Virus record (IMG/VR): IMGVR_UViG_3300025389_000060
Span: 1-33,494 of that record
Length of the DNA stretch: 33,494 nucleotides
Direction: 5' to 3' (one strand)
Source: a virus
Lineage: Duplodnaviria; Caudoviricetes
In this document: positions 8,051 through 14,965 of the stretch, piece after piece
Layout: every line of letters begins with the position of its first letter
How positions within the stretch are numbered: the stretch's first letter is position 1
Program-made: the position numbers and the translations under genes
The notes under the pieces: model-generated
What the model saw: the letters and a program-made list of their open reading frames with translations, nothing else
Told to the model about the DNA's origin: nothing
Database searches by the model: none

Positions 8051-8256
8051 CTAAAAAGAAAACCAAAGAGCCGACATACCACTGTCCTGAATGTGGAAGC
8101 GACCAAGTGACGACTGAGCATCACCAGATGTTCATGCGTAATACAGGCGAACACTATTGCCACAGCATGAAAACGCAAGATGCAGATTCACCAGCAACCT
8201 GCTTGGTCTGCCGCTGGACGGGCGAGGGGTATCAACTCAAGGATAAGAACACATGA
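8047..8256 (+). CDS. Small zinc-ribbon protein
   Basis: CPECGS...CLVCRW pair; ATGA-coupled. Confidence 0.7.
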   Translation: MTKKKTKEPTYHCPECGSDQVTTEHHQMFMRNTGEHYCHSMKTQDADSPATCLVCRWTGEGYQLKDKNT

Positions 8257-8345
8257 GTAACTGGCCTTTTCCCCTCGCACCCCTGCCTAACAAACCTGGC
8301 AGAGTCCCCTTTAACCCTGATAATTTTGAGGATGCACCGCTATGA
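8253..8345 (+). CDS. 30-aa Pro-rich peptide
   Basis: MSNWPFPLAPLPNKPGRVPFNPDNFEDAPL; ATGA-coupled at both ends. Confidence 0.6.
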   Translation: MSNWPFPLAPLPNKPGRVPFNPDNFEDAPL

Positions 8346-8557
8346 CTAAAGACGAAACCCCAGATTACTTTTTCTGTGAGCGAACATTGATTAACTCGTT
8401 GGAAGATACAAACGTAAGTCAAAAAATTGAAGATTCGCATCGTTTTGCATTGGCAATTACTGGGCACTATCAACAAGCATTTAATTTAACTGGCGATTTA
8501 AATGCAAAACTTTGCGCTGTAATTGGGTATGACCGCGCTATTCGGCTTCAACAATAG
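8342..8557 (+). CDS. Hypothetical protein
   Basis: 71 aa; GAGGA RBS; AT-richer than its neighbours. Confidence 0.6.
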   Translation: MTKDETPDYFFCERTLINSLEDTNVSQKIEDSHRFALAITGHYQQAFNLTGDLNAKLCAVIGYDRAIRLQQ

Positions 8558-8573
8558 CAACAGGAGAAACAGA

Positions 8574-8813
8574 ATGACTGAAAAAGACTGGACACCGGAA
8601 GAAGAAGAAGCGTTTAACGCTATAGAAAAGCAGTCCAACTTAGGCAAGCAAATTCTGCAAGACATGAAGTTGGTAGACACCCCAACGCATATCAGGCTCG
8701 ACAAGCAGCAAATAAGCCGTTTAATGGCACGATCTGGACTGTCTGCACCCTACGATACTGTCAGGGCTTACACACGCCTTGTAGAGCGTTTAATCCAAGG
8801 AGAAAAGAAATGA
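8574..8813 (+). CDS. Hypothetical protein
   Basis: AGGAG RBS; MTEKDWTPEEEEAFNAIE. Confidence 0.7.
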   Translation: MTEKDWTPEEEEAFNAIEKQSNLGKQILQDMKLVDTPTHIRLDKQQISRLMARSGLSAPYDTVRAYTRLVERLIQGEKK

Positions 8814-8947
8814 CTGAACTCGATTGCTCACCAACCTCAGAGGAAGAGGCCAACATCATTGCTCAACTGGAGGCAGACCCTGAATACCAGAAATGGCTCA
8901 AACAGGTCTCTGAGCTGCAAGAGGTGTTTGACGATCTTCCGTTCTAA
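8810..8947 (+). CDS. 45-aa acidic peptide ending DDLPF (SSB C-tail-like)
   Basis: AAGGAG RBS and ATGA overlap; MTELDCSPTSEEEANIIAQLEADPEYQKWLKQVSELQEVFDDLPF. Confidence 0.65.
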   Translation: MTELDCSPTSEEEANIIAQLEADPEYQKWLKQVSELQEVFDDLPF

Positions 8948-9166
8948 CACATATATACACTAGTATACACTAGTGTGTCTTACACTAGTGTGAGACATGT
9001 TAAACACTAAGGTGTTTAACACTAGTGTGTGACACACTTAGTGTGAGACAAGTATTGTATTTATATTATTTATATATTTAATACAACATAGTGTTTAACA
9101 CTAAGTGTTTAACACCTTAGTGTGTCACACAGTGTTACTAGTGTGTTGTGGATAACTTGTGGAGAA
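8948..9166. other. Putative replication origin: palindromic ACAC-N-GTGT repeats, AT-rich core, tandem DnaA boxes
   Basis: Multiple ACACTAGTGT, ACACTAAGGTGT and ACACTTAGTGT units flank an almost pure A/T tract (about 9053-9086). TGTGGATAA at 9147-9155 is a perfect DnaA box; TGTGGAGAA at 9158-9166 has one mismatch. Confidence 0.7.
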
Positions 9167-9171
9167 AAAGA

Positions 9172-9291
9172 ATGACAAGACAAGAGGCTAACTTGATCTT
9201 AGACATGGTAAGGGCTGGTGAAGACATTGACCCCTACTTTGTTGATTGGGCATTGTTTGTTACAGAAAGGGGTTTGACACTTCAGGAGTAA
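9172..9291 (+). CDS. Small hypothetical protein (39 aa)
   Basis: GGAG RBS; MTRQEANLILDMVRAGEDIDPYFVDWALFVTERGLTLQE. Confidence 0.6.
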   Translation: MTRQEANLILDMVRAGEDIDPYFVDWALFVTERGLTLQE

Positions 9292-9304
9292 GTGTGGTTA
9301 TAAT
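9274..9304 (+). promoter_or_regulatory. Sigma70-type promoter with 19-bp spacer
   Basis: TTGACA (9274-9279) and TATAAT (9299-9304) ahead of the recombination module. Confidence 0.6.
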
Positions 9305-9355
9305 CATCTCGTCTTAACAAAGACATGTTTTCCTAACTTTTAAAGGGTAGTACCA

Positions 9356-9556
9356 ATGACAACTGAAATACACATTTGTGCGGAATGTACGCACTTCTTG
9401 CCCGCTGAGGGTGATCCTGGGCACACGTTTGCTCGCTGCCAAGCTAAGTTTGAACTTAACTTAGTTACAGGTGAGAAAACCTACATCTACTGCCAAGCCA
9501 GGCGTAACAACGCCACTTGCCCCAACTTTGAGAAGTTTGAGGTGAACTATGGATGA
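9356..9556 (+). CDS. Small Cys-rich protein
   Basis: CAECTHF...C...NLVTG...C...R....C. Confidence 0.7.
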   Translation: MTTEIHICAECTHFLPAEGDPGHTFARCQAKFELNLVTGEKTYIYCQARRNNATCPNFEKFEVNYG

Positions 9557-9860
9557 CATCTATGAAGCATGGCTGGCTGGCAAAGAGATTGAATGTCGCT
9601 GGAAAGAGTGTGAAGACCCAGGTTGGATTCTTTATAAAAACCATCCTGATTGGCCTCCTTTTTATCACCAAGATTTTGAATTTAGGGTCAAACCTAAGTT
9701 TATAGCTCAGACTAAATTTAAAGAAGATTTGTATGACGTTATTCCTTCATACATAGTCACTTACAACAACAAGCGCATCTACTTGTGTGATGACCTCTTG
9801 CTGACTTTTACCAAGCAAGGCTTCTTAAGAAAGGCAGTGATTGTTCATGACAAACTTTGA
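9549..9860 (+). CDS. Hypothetical protein
   Basis: EAWLAGKEIE...EFRVKP pattern; GAGGTG RBS. Confidence 0.7.
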   Translation: MDDIYEAWLAGKEIECRWKECEDPGWILYKNHPDWPPFYHQDFEFRVKPKFIAQTKFKEDLYDVIPSYIVTYNNKRIYLCDDLLLTFTKQGFLRKAVIVHDKL

Positions 9861-10746
9861 TCCCGCACACCGAGCTAAAGGCTGGTATGCCTCTGATACT
9901 CGCAAAGCAGTAGCAGGTAAGGCTAACGAAGTAATCCTAACCAAGCAGGGGAAACTCCCTGTGGAGGACTTGTCTCACATAGAGGCTGTTCAGATGGGGC
10001 ATGTGATGGAACCCGTGATAGGGCAACTCGCTGCCAAGCAACTAGGGATAGAGCTGGTCAAGATAGAGGAAGAACTCTCACACAAGACTGAGCCGTGGCT
10101 GAAATCACATTTTGACTTTGCAGGTAAAGAAAATGGTAAGAGTATTCTTGTCGAAGCTAAGAACTACAACGCTGGTGCACGTAGCAAGTTTGACGCAGAA
10201 ACTGGAGTTATACCTGCGCCTGACTTTTATCAATGCGTCCATGAAGCTACGGTCTGGGGCTGTTCTAAAGTCTATCTTGCAGTGCTGTTTGGCGGTCAAG
10301 AGTTTCAACTCTTCCCTGTCGAAGTTACTGAAGAAATGAAAGATGAATTTATCCGCCAGATGGCTATGTACTGGGGTCACGTTGTTGCAGGCACTCACCT
10401 ACCCGCAGAATCAACAGACCAAGCAAAGCTCCTCTACAAGGATGCCGGACACCAGAAAATAGCCAATTCTCAAGCTGAATTTGTCTGCCAGCAGCTCTTC
10501 CAGATAAAAACACAGATTAAGCAGCTAGAGGAACAAGAGGAGAAGGCTCAGGCCATGCTTCAGGAGTACCTTAAAGACGCTTCTACGCTCGTTTCTGTAG
10601 ATGGGCAGGTGCTGTGTACCTGGAAGGCTGCTAAGCCCTCTAAACGCTTTTCTAGCACGTTATTTCAGCAGTCTATGCCTGACATCTACAACAGCTTTGT
10701 TGTTGAGCAGCCAGGATCTAGACGCTTCTTAGTAAAGGGATCATGA
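9847..10746 (+). CDS. YqaJ/lambda-Exo-like viral recombination exonuclease
   Basis: MGHVMEPVI, SHFDF, LVEAK and YQCVHE motifs of the PD-(D/E)XK YqaJ family; C-terminal coiled coil and SRRFLVK. Confidence 0.88.
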   Translation: MTNFDPAHRAKGWYASDTRKAVAGKANEVILTKQGKLPVEDLSHIEAVQMGHVMEPVIGQLAAKQLGIELVKIEEELSHKTEPWLKSHFDFAGKENGKSILVEAKNYNAGARSKFDAETGVIPAPDFYQCVHEATVWGCSKVYLAVLFGGQEFQLFPVEVTEEMKDEFIRQMAMYWGHVVAGTHLPAESTDQAKLLYKDAGHQKIANSQAEFVCQQLFQIKTQIKQLEEQEEKAQAMLQEYLKDASTLVSVDGQVLCTWKAAKPSKRFSSTLFQQSMPDIYNSFVVEQPGSRRFLVKGS

Positions 10747-10877
10747 TGCTTGCCCTGTATTGCATCTGTGTAGCTGTTGGGGCTGCGCTGATAAACGCAT
10801 CACAAGGCTTTGACATTTATTTTGTAGTTGGAGTCCTGATGATTATTGAGGGCTTCTATTTAATAGAAAAGTACTGA
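10743..10877 (+). CDS. 44-aa hydrophobic (two-TM) peptide
   Basis: ATGA-coupled; MMLALYCICVAVGAALINASQGFDIYFVVGVLMIIEGFYLIEKY. Confidence 0.5.
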   Translation: MMLALYCICVAVGAALINASQGFDIYFVVGVLMIIEGFYLIEKY

Positions 10878-10878
10878 C

Positions 10879-11154
10879 ATGAAAAAAGAATTTACCGCAG
10901 AGCAAACTGCTGCTGCACAACTTATTTACGAGCAGGGACGAAAGTTGGGAGAAGAAATACTGGAATACCTGAAAGAGCAGGAAGTAGACAATATGAGTGC
11001 TGCTGCTACAGGCCTTGCTATCGCTCTGGGAAGCATTATCGGGGCTACAGACCAGCCTGAGATGATGTTTCAGGGAATGATGGGCTTGGTGAAGTCTATA
11101 GCAGACGCACAAGTGTTCGGCACAAAAGTAACCACACACGGAGTAACACAATGA
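10879..11154 (+). CDS. Hypothetical protein
   Basis: 91 aa; coupled to the downstream annealing protein. Confidence 0.65.
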   Translation: MKKEFTAEQTAAAQLIYEQGRKLGEEILEYLKEQEVDNMSAAATGLAIALGSIIGATDQPEMMFQGMMGLVKSIADAQVFGTKVTTHGVTQ

Positions 11155-11909
11155 GTAACGCTCTTATTCCCTACAACGATGTAGAAAAGATGGGTTCTGC
11201 TATTGCTAAATCCAACTTGTTTGGCGTAAAGACACCTGAGCAAGCAGTTGCTCTCATGTTGATCGCACAAGCAGAAGGATTACACCCTGCTATTGCAGCT
11301 CGTGACTACAACATCATTCAAGGCCGTCCAGCACTCAAAACAGATGCAATGCTGGCTCGTTTCCAGCAAGCAGGTGGCAAAGTACAGTGGGAGGTATATA
11401 CAGATGCTGAAGTCAAAGGCACTTTTAGCCATCCGCAAGGAGGCACGTTGTCCGTCTCGTGGACTTTTGCACAGGCAAAGGCTATCGGGCTTACAGGCAA
11501 AGATAATTGGCGTAATTACCCTCGTGCGATGCTCCGCGCTAGGTGCGTATCTGAGGGCATCCGCTCCGTCTATCCGGGCTGTGTCGTTGGCGTCTACACG
11601 CCTGAAGAGGTCGAGGACTTTTCATCACCTACGCAACCAGCGCCATCGTTCACGCCTGCACCTACACTTGAAGTTCTAGAAGACGTGCGAGGCGAAGAAG
11701 TCTTCCCACTGTTCGTTCCAGGCTCTCCAGAACCTCACAAGGTCTACAACACGCTAGAAGAATGGCATACAGGCTTTACAGCTATGGAAGCCCGTATAAA
11801 GCTCTCTACGAAGCTGGATGACGACATTAAGGAGCTGAAGCTGTCTGACCTTGCTGATTGCAATAAAGAGCTTTTAAATGCGTACTATCAACAGCCTGCT
11901 ACCAAGTAA
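11151..11909 (+). CDS. RecT/Red-beta-like single-strand annealing protein
   Basis: IIQGRPAL, NWRNYPRAMLRARCVSEGIRSVYPG and GVYTPEE motifs; close to the YqaJ gene. Confidence 0.8.
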   Translation: MSNALIPYNDVEKMGSAIAKSNLFGVKTPEQAVALMLIAQAEGLHPAIAARDYNIIQGRPALKTDAMLARFQQAGGKVQWEVYTDAEVKGTFSHPQGGTLSVSWTFAQAKAIGLTGKDNWRNYPRAMLRARCVSEGIRSVYPGCVVGVYTPEEVEDFSSPTQPAPSFTPAPTLEVLEDVRGEEVFPLFVPGSPEPHKVYNTLEEWHTGFTAMEARIKLSTKLDDDIKELKLSDLADCNKELLNAYYQQPATK

Positions 11910-11970
11910 AGAGCACGTAGAGGCATGGGTAGAACGAGTAAGACATAAACTTAAACCAGAGATTACAGAA

Positions 11971-12379
11971 ATGGCGTACGATCAAAAGAAGGGCTTTGCC
12001 CACAAAGAAATGCCCGGTTTCGGGGTTGCTTACCAAGTCCTGCAACAGGAAAAGAAAACAGAAAAGTCACCAGACTATGAAGGTTTCGTTGTCCTGAAGT
12101 TCGACTACAAAGCAGGAGAAAAGCTGCAACTGGGCATGTGGGCTAAACCCACTTCCAGAGGCACAACGCTGCTCTCCCTGAAAGAAATACAAAGCAGGAG
12201 AAAAGCTGCAACTGGGCATGTGGGCTAAACCCACTTCCAGAGGCACAACGCTGCTCTCCCTGAAAGAAAACACCTTCCGCAAGGAAAAGGCTGCTGAGCA
12301 GAATCGCCCTGTAGAAGTGTCTTACTCTTACAAACCCCGTGTGCAAGCAGGGGACGATGGGGACGATATACCCTTTTAA
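11971..12379 (+). CDS. ssb: Single-stranded DNA-binding protein, frameshifted here by an 82-bp duplication
   Basis: Removing one repeat copy gives 108 aa: MAYDQKKG...KSPDYEG...LGMWAK...LSLKENTFRK...GDDGDDIPF, ending in a canonical SSB acidic tail. Confidence 0.75.
12106..12269 (+). repeat. Exact 82-bp tandem duplication
   Basis: 12106-12187 is identical to 12188-12269 (TACAAAGCAGG...CTGAAAGAAA). Confidence 0.95.
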
Positions 12380-12391
12380 ATCAACAACTTA
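12379..12391 (+). promoter_or_regulatory. IHF-binding site (second copy)
   Basis: AATCAACAACTTA matches WATCAANNNNTTR. Confidence 0.55.
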
Positions 12392-12392
12392 C

Positions 12393-12464
12393 GGGGGAAA
12401 GCGGATGCTGGTTACTTGTTCTAGACAAGGCATATAAAGAGACACCAGACGCAGCGAGTACCCC
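12393..12464 (+). ncRNA. Putative structured RNA with loop-E-like internal loop
   Basis: GGGG/CCCC stem, GAAA/GAGUA internal loop, GC/GC, UGC..UGGU/ACCA..GCA stems, inner CUUGU/ACAAG hairpin. Confidence 0.55.
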
Positions 12465-12471
12465 ACCCTAT

Positions 12472-12792
12472 ATGGCTACAAAAGTATCACCCACACAGAG
12501 AAGTCTGGCTTACCTACGTGAGCTGGGCTACCATGTCGAGATTGTTGAAAAGTGGAACCACTTTACCAAGCAACGTAAAGACCTGTGGGGGTGGGCAGAC
12601 CTGCTTGCTATCCGGCGAGATGAGGTTTTAGCCGTACAAGTGACTGCCTCCGCAGTTGCTGCTCGTATAAAGAAGATAGAGGCTTCCGACACTCTCCCAC
12701 TCGTGAGAGAAGCCAACATCCGTGTAGAAGTACACGGGTGGCGTAAGTTAAAAGACGGGAAATACCACATTCGTGTGGTTGACCTGTCGTAA
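12472..12792 (+). CDS. PD-(D/E)XK endonuclease, Holliday-junction resolvase-like
   Basis: AYLRELGYHVE...DLWGWADLLAIRRDEVLAVQVT pattern. Confidence 0.75.
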   Translation: MATKVSPTQRSLAYLRELGYHVEIVEKWNHFTKQRKDLWGWADLLAIRRDEVLAVQVTASAVAARIKKIEASDTLPLVREANIRVEVHGWRKLKDGKYHIRVVDLS

Positions 12793-12801
12793 GAACACCC
12801 A

Positions 12802-12862
12802 GTCTGAGGGGCACTGCCGCAAGGCAGGAGTTAGGACGCTGCTAGCAGACCAGCGATCAGAC
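12802..12862 (+). ncRNA. Putative three-way-junction regulatory (antisense-like) RNA
   Basis: GUCUGA/UCAGAC closing stem, CUGCC-GCAA-GGCAG GNRA hairpin, unpaired GAGUUAGGA, CGCUG-cuagcagac-CAGCG hairpin. Confidence 0.6.
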
Positions 12863-12895
12863 AGTCTGCCTTCACCTAACTTTTAAAGGAAAAAT

Positions 12896-13639
12896 ATGAG
12901 TAATCCACACATCTTGATAGCCACTCCCATGTACGGTGGCATGTGTACAGGCTACTACACGCAAAGCATGGTCGGTGTAGGCCCGTATATGAAGGAAAAC
13001 AACGTAGACATCAGCATCACCATGATGTTTAACGAATCCCTCATCCAGCGAGGCAGAAATGCGCTTGTAAACCAGTTTATGCACAACACCCAGTGCACTC
13101 ACCTGATGTTTATAGACGCAGACATCAGGTTCAGCCCCGTAGACATCCTAAAAATGCTCCAGGCTGACAAAGAAGTCATCTGCGGTATCTACCCCAAGAA
13201 AGAGATCAACTGGGCTTCTGTAGAGGCTGCTGTACACCGTGGAGTGCCTACAAATGAACTCACCAACCACACAGGTGCGATGGTTATCAATTTAAAAGAC
13301 TATGCAGGTGAGGTAACAGTGCCTGTAGACCAGCCGCTAGAGATCTGGAATGGCGGTACAGGGTTTATGCTGATAAAGCGTGAAGTGTTTGAGAAAATGA
13401 AGGATCACGTTGACAGTTATATCAACAACGTGAAGGTACTCAACACTGAGCAGCAAGCTGAGCGTATTTACGAGTATTTCCCCGTCTTTATTGACGAGCA
13501 TGAACTTCTGCTGTCTGAGGATTTTGGCTTTTGTAAGAAAGCACGAGATCTGGGGATTAAGATCTGGGCAGCACCGTGGGTGAAGTTAGGCCACTTCGGG
13601 ACTTACCTGTTTGAAGGTGGCCTGCTACCAGCAGCTTAA
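12896..13639 (+). CDS. GT-A fold (GT2-like) glycosyltransferase
   Basis: ILIATPMYGG, RGRNALV, HLMFIDAD (DxD), GTGFMLIKREVF, LSEDFGFC and LGHFG motifs. Confidence 0.8.
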   Translation: MSNPHILIATPMYGGMCTGYYTQSMVGVGPYMKENNVDISITMMFNESLIQRGRNALVNQFMHNTQCTHLMFIDADIRFSPVDILKMLQADKEVICGIYPKKEINWASVEAAVHRGVPTNELTNHTGAMVINLKDYAGEVTVPVDQPLEIWNGGTGFMLIKREVFEKMKDHVDSYINNVKVLNTEQQAERIYEYFPVFIDEHELLLSEDFGFCKKARDLGIKIWAAPWVKLGHFGTYLFEGGLLPAA

Positions 13640-13860
13640 CGGCAGCCCCAGCGTCTACGAGCGGCTTTACCCCGCTCTCCCTTCCAAGATTTAGACCGAG
13701 CACAGAAAGACTTGTGTCTCGGGCCTGATTTCTGAGGGGCTTTAAGTTTAGAGCCTGTTGCCTTGTTGTACTTGGCACGGCCTTTAGCAGTTAAGCCCCC
13801 GCCCTTAGAAACAGACAGTTTCTCACCCCTACCGACTGACAGATTAGGTTTTTTTGCCAT
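13636..13860 (-). CDS. Small basic phage protein
   Basis: GGLTAKGRAKYN...LKAP...KSFCAR...RRWGC; very K/R-rich. Its stop overlaps the convergent glycosyltransferase stop (TTAA). Confidence 0.75.
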   Translation of the reverse strand: MAKKPNLSVGRGEKLSVSKGGGLTAKGRAKYNKATGSKLKAPQKSGPRHKSFCARSKSWKGERGKAARRRWGCR

Positions 13861-13910
13861 ATTTGTTCCAAAAATCGAAATTTTCTTGTCGCGGGGCAGC
13901 GTAATGCTTT

Positions 13911-14501
13911 TTATAGAATTTGCAAAGCCTGCTGCATGAGTTTTATACGCTCTTCCAGCCCTATTGTCCCACCATTGATATGCTTGGTTAGCCCAACCCA
14001 GTTCTCGGCCTCTGCAAGGGGATTACAGCCGTGCGTAGCCCAGAACCACCCGGCACTCATAGCTGCGTACATAGGTTGAGCTACAGGAGCAGGGTTCTTA
14101 ACAAAGTCCTGCCCGACAGCCTGCCCGAAGTGCCAGTAGTTGTCGTGCCCAGTCAACTGGATGCAACCCCTGCCGTGGTACAACCACCCATCCCCAGACG
14201 CCTCATCACGGTTGCCCATACGGTTGGCGTAAATCCTGTTTGCGATACGTTGAGGCTGGTTGGCGTACTGAGGTATCTCTTCCGGTTTGAACTTGTGCCC
14301 GAACAAACGCTCTAATGTTGCAGTTCTGTAGCTCAGGTTTTCTTCCAGCACCCTGAAATGATTGCACTCATGAGAGCACTGCCCTATAAAAGCAGCTTGT
14401 TTACGCACATCATCTATGCCAAACCGTTTAAAAGTAGCTTCCAGAGGTTCCAGCCACTCTGCACCTATGCCTAGAGCATGTAGCTTGTCAGGCGTAATCA
14501 T
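13911..14501 (-). CDS. Endolysin, glycoside hydrolase family 19
   Basis: AAFIGQCSHEC, EENLSY, YANRMGN, DGWLYHGRGCIQLTGHDNY, SAGWFW and INGG motifs. Confidence 0.92.
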   Translation of the reverse strand: MITPDKLHALGIGAEWLEPLEATFKRFGIDDVRKQAAFIGQCSHECNHFRVLEENLSYRTATLERLFGHKFKPEEIPQYANQPQRIANRIYANRMGNRDEASGDGWLYHGRGCIQLTGHDNYWHFGQAVGQDFVKNPAPVAQPMYAAMSAGWFWATHGCNPLAEAENWVGLTKHINGGTIGLEERIKLMQQALQIL

Positions 14502-14965
14502 TTAACACCTGCATTTACGGTTTCTCTGACGTTGTTGTAGGTTGTGATGCAGGCGTTGAGCTGGGTGATGGCTGTGTCGCCTTCTGCTGCGATGGCGATA
14601 AGATCTTTGATAGCCTGTCGCTCAGTGTCGGACTCATTGGTTGTATTTCCGCTGGGAGTTCCGGCATCTGCACTGGTTTGTACACTACAGGTGGGGAGCC
14701 GCAGCTCACCAGAGTCAGCGCGAGCAACAAGATTAGCTTGCTTGGTTTTAACATCGTCTTTAGCCCTCTTTAATGTTGAATTAGCAACTGCCAGCTTGGT
14801 TGTCAGCTCCGCTTCCTTTGCTCGAGCCTCCTCATTCAACCGCATAATCTCCGCTTGGTCTTCCTCAACCCTAGCTTGGTATCCTGCATGATGCTCGTAA
14901 GCCCCAAACCCTGCTAGAGCCAACAACAAGCCCAATATCACCCACGGGTTCATAAGACTAAACAT
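14498..14965 (-). CDS. Rz: Rz-like inner-membrane spanin
   Basis: N-terminal TM (WVILGLLLALAGFGAY), coiled coil, GELRL, C-terminal AAEGD..ITQLNACITTY. Confidence 0.85.
   Translation of the reverse strand: MFSLMNPWVILGLLLALAGFGAYEHHAGYQARVEEDQAEIMRLNEEARAKEAELTTKLAVANSTLKRAKDDVKTKQANLVARADSGELRLPTCSVQTSADAGTPSGNTTNESDTERQAIKDLIAIAAEGDTAITQLNACITTYNNVRETVNAGVK
14515..14754 (-). CDS. Rz1: Rz1-like outer-membrane lipoprotein spanin, fully embedded in Rz
   Basis: MLKPSKLILLLALTLVS-C lipobox followed by a Pro-rich mature part, in a shifted frame inside Rz. Confidence 0.8.
   Translation of the reverse strand: MLKPSKLILLLALTLVSCGSPPVVYKPVQMPELPAEIQPMSPTLSDRLSKILSPSQQKATQPSPSSTPASQPTTTSEKP

Noticed and set aside
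8948-9146. CRISPR array
   Set aside because: The units are 9-12 bp palindromes without unique 25-45 bp spacers, and there are no cas genes.
11878-11970. Upstream extension of ssb (MRTINSLL...)
   Set aside because: It overlaps the RecT-like gene's 3' end and adds nothing SSB-like. ATG 11971 gives a typical small SSB, though the start is not certain.
12106-12269. Biological direct terminal repeat
   Set aside because: It lies inside ssb and breaks the frame. The divergent non-coding region near 5.0-5.4 kb is a better candidate for the genome end.
12393-12862. tRNA or known self-cleaving ribozyme
   Set aside because: Neither structured element has a TTC-loop cloverleaf, a hammerhead core (CUGAUGA/GAAA) or another ribozyme consensus I recognise.
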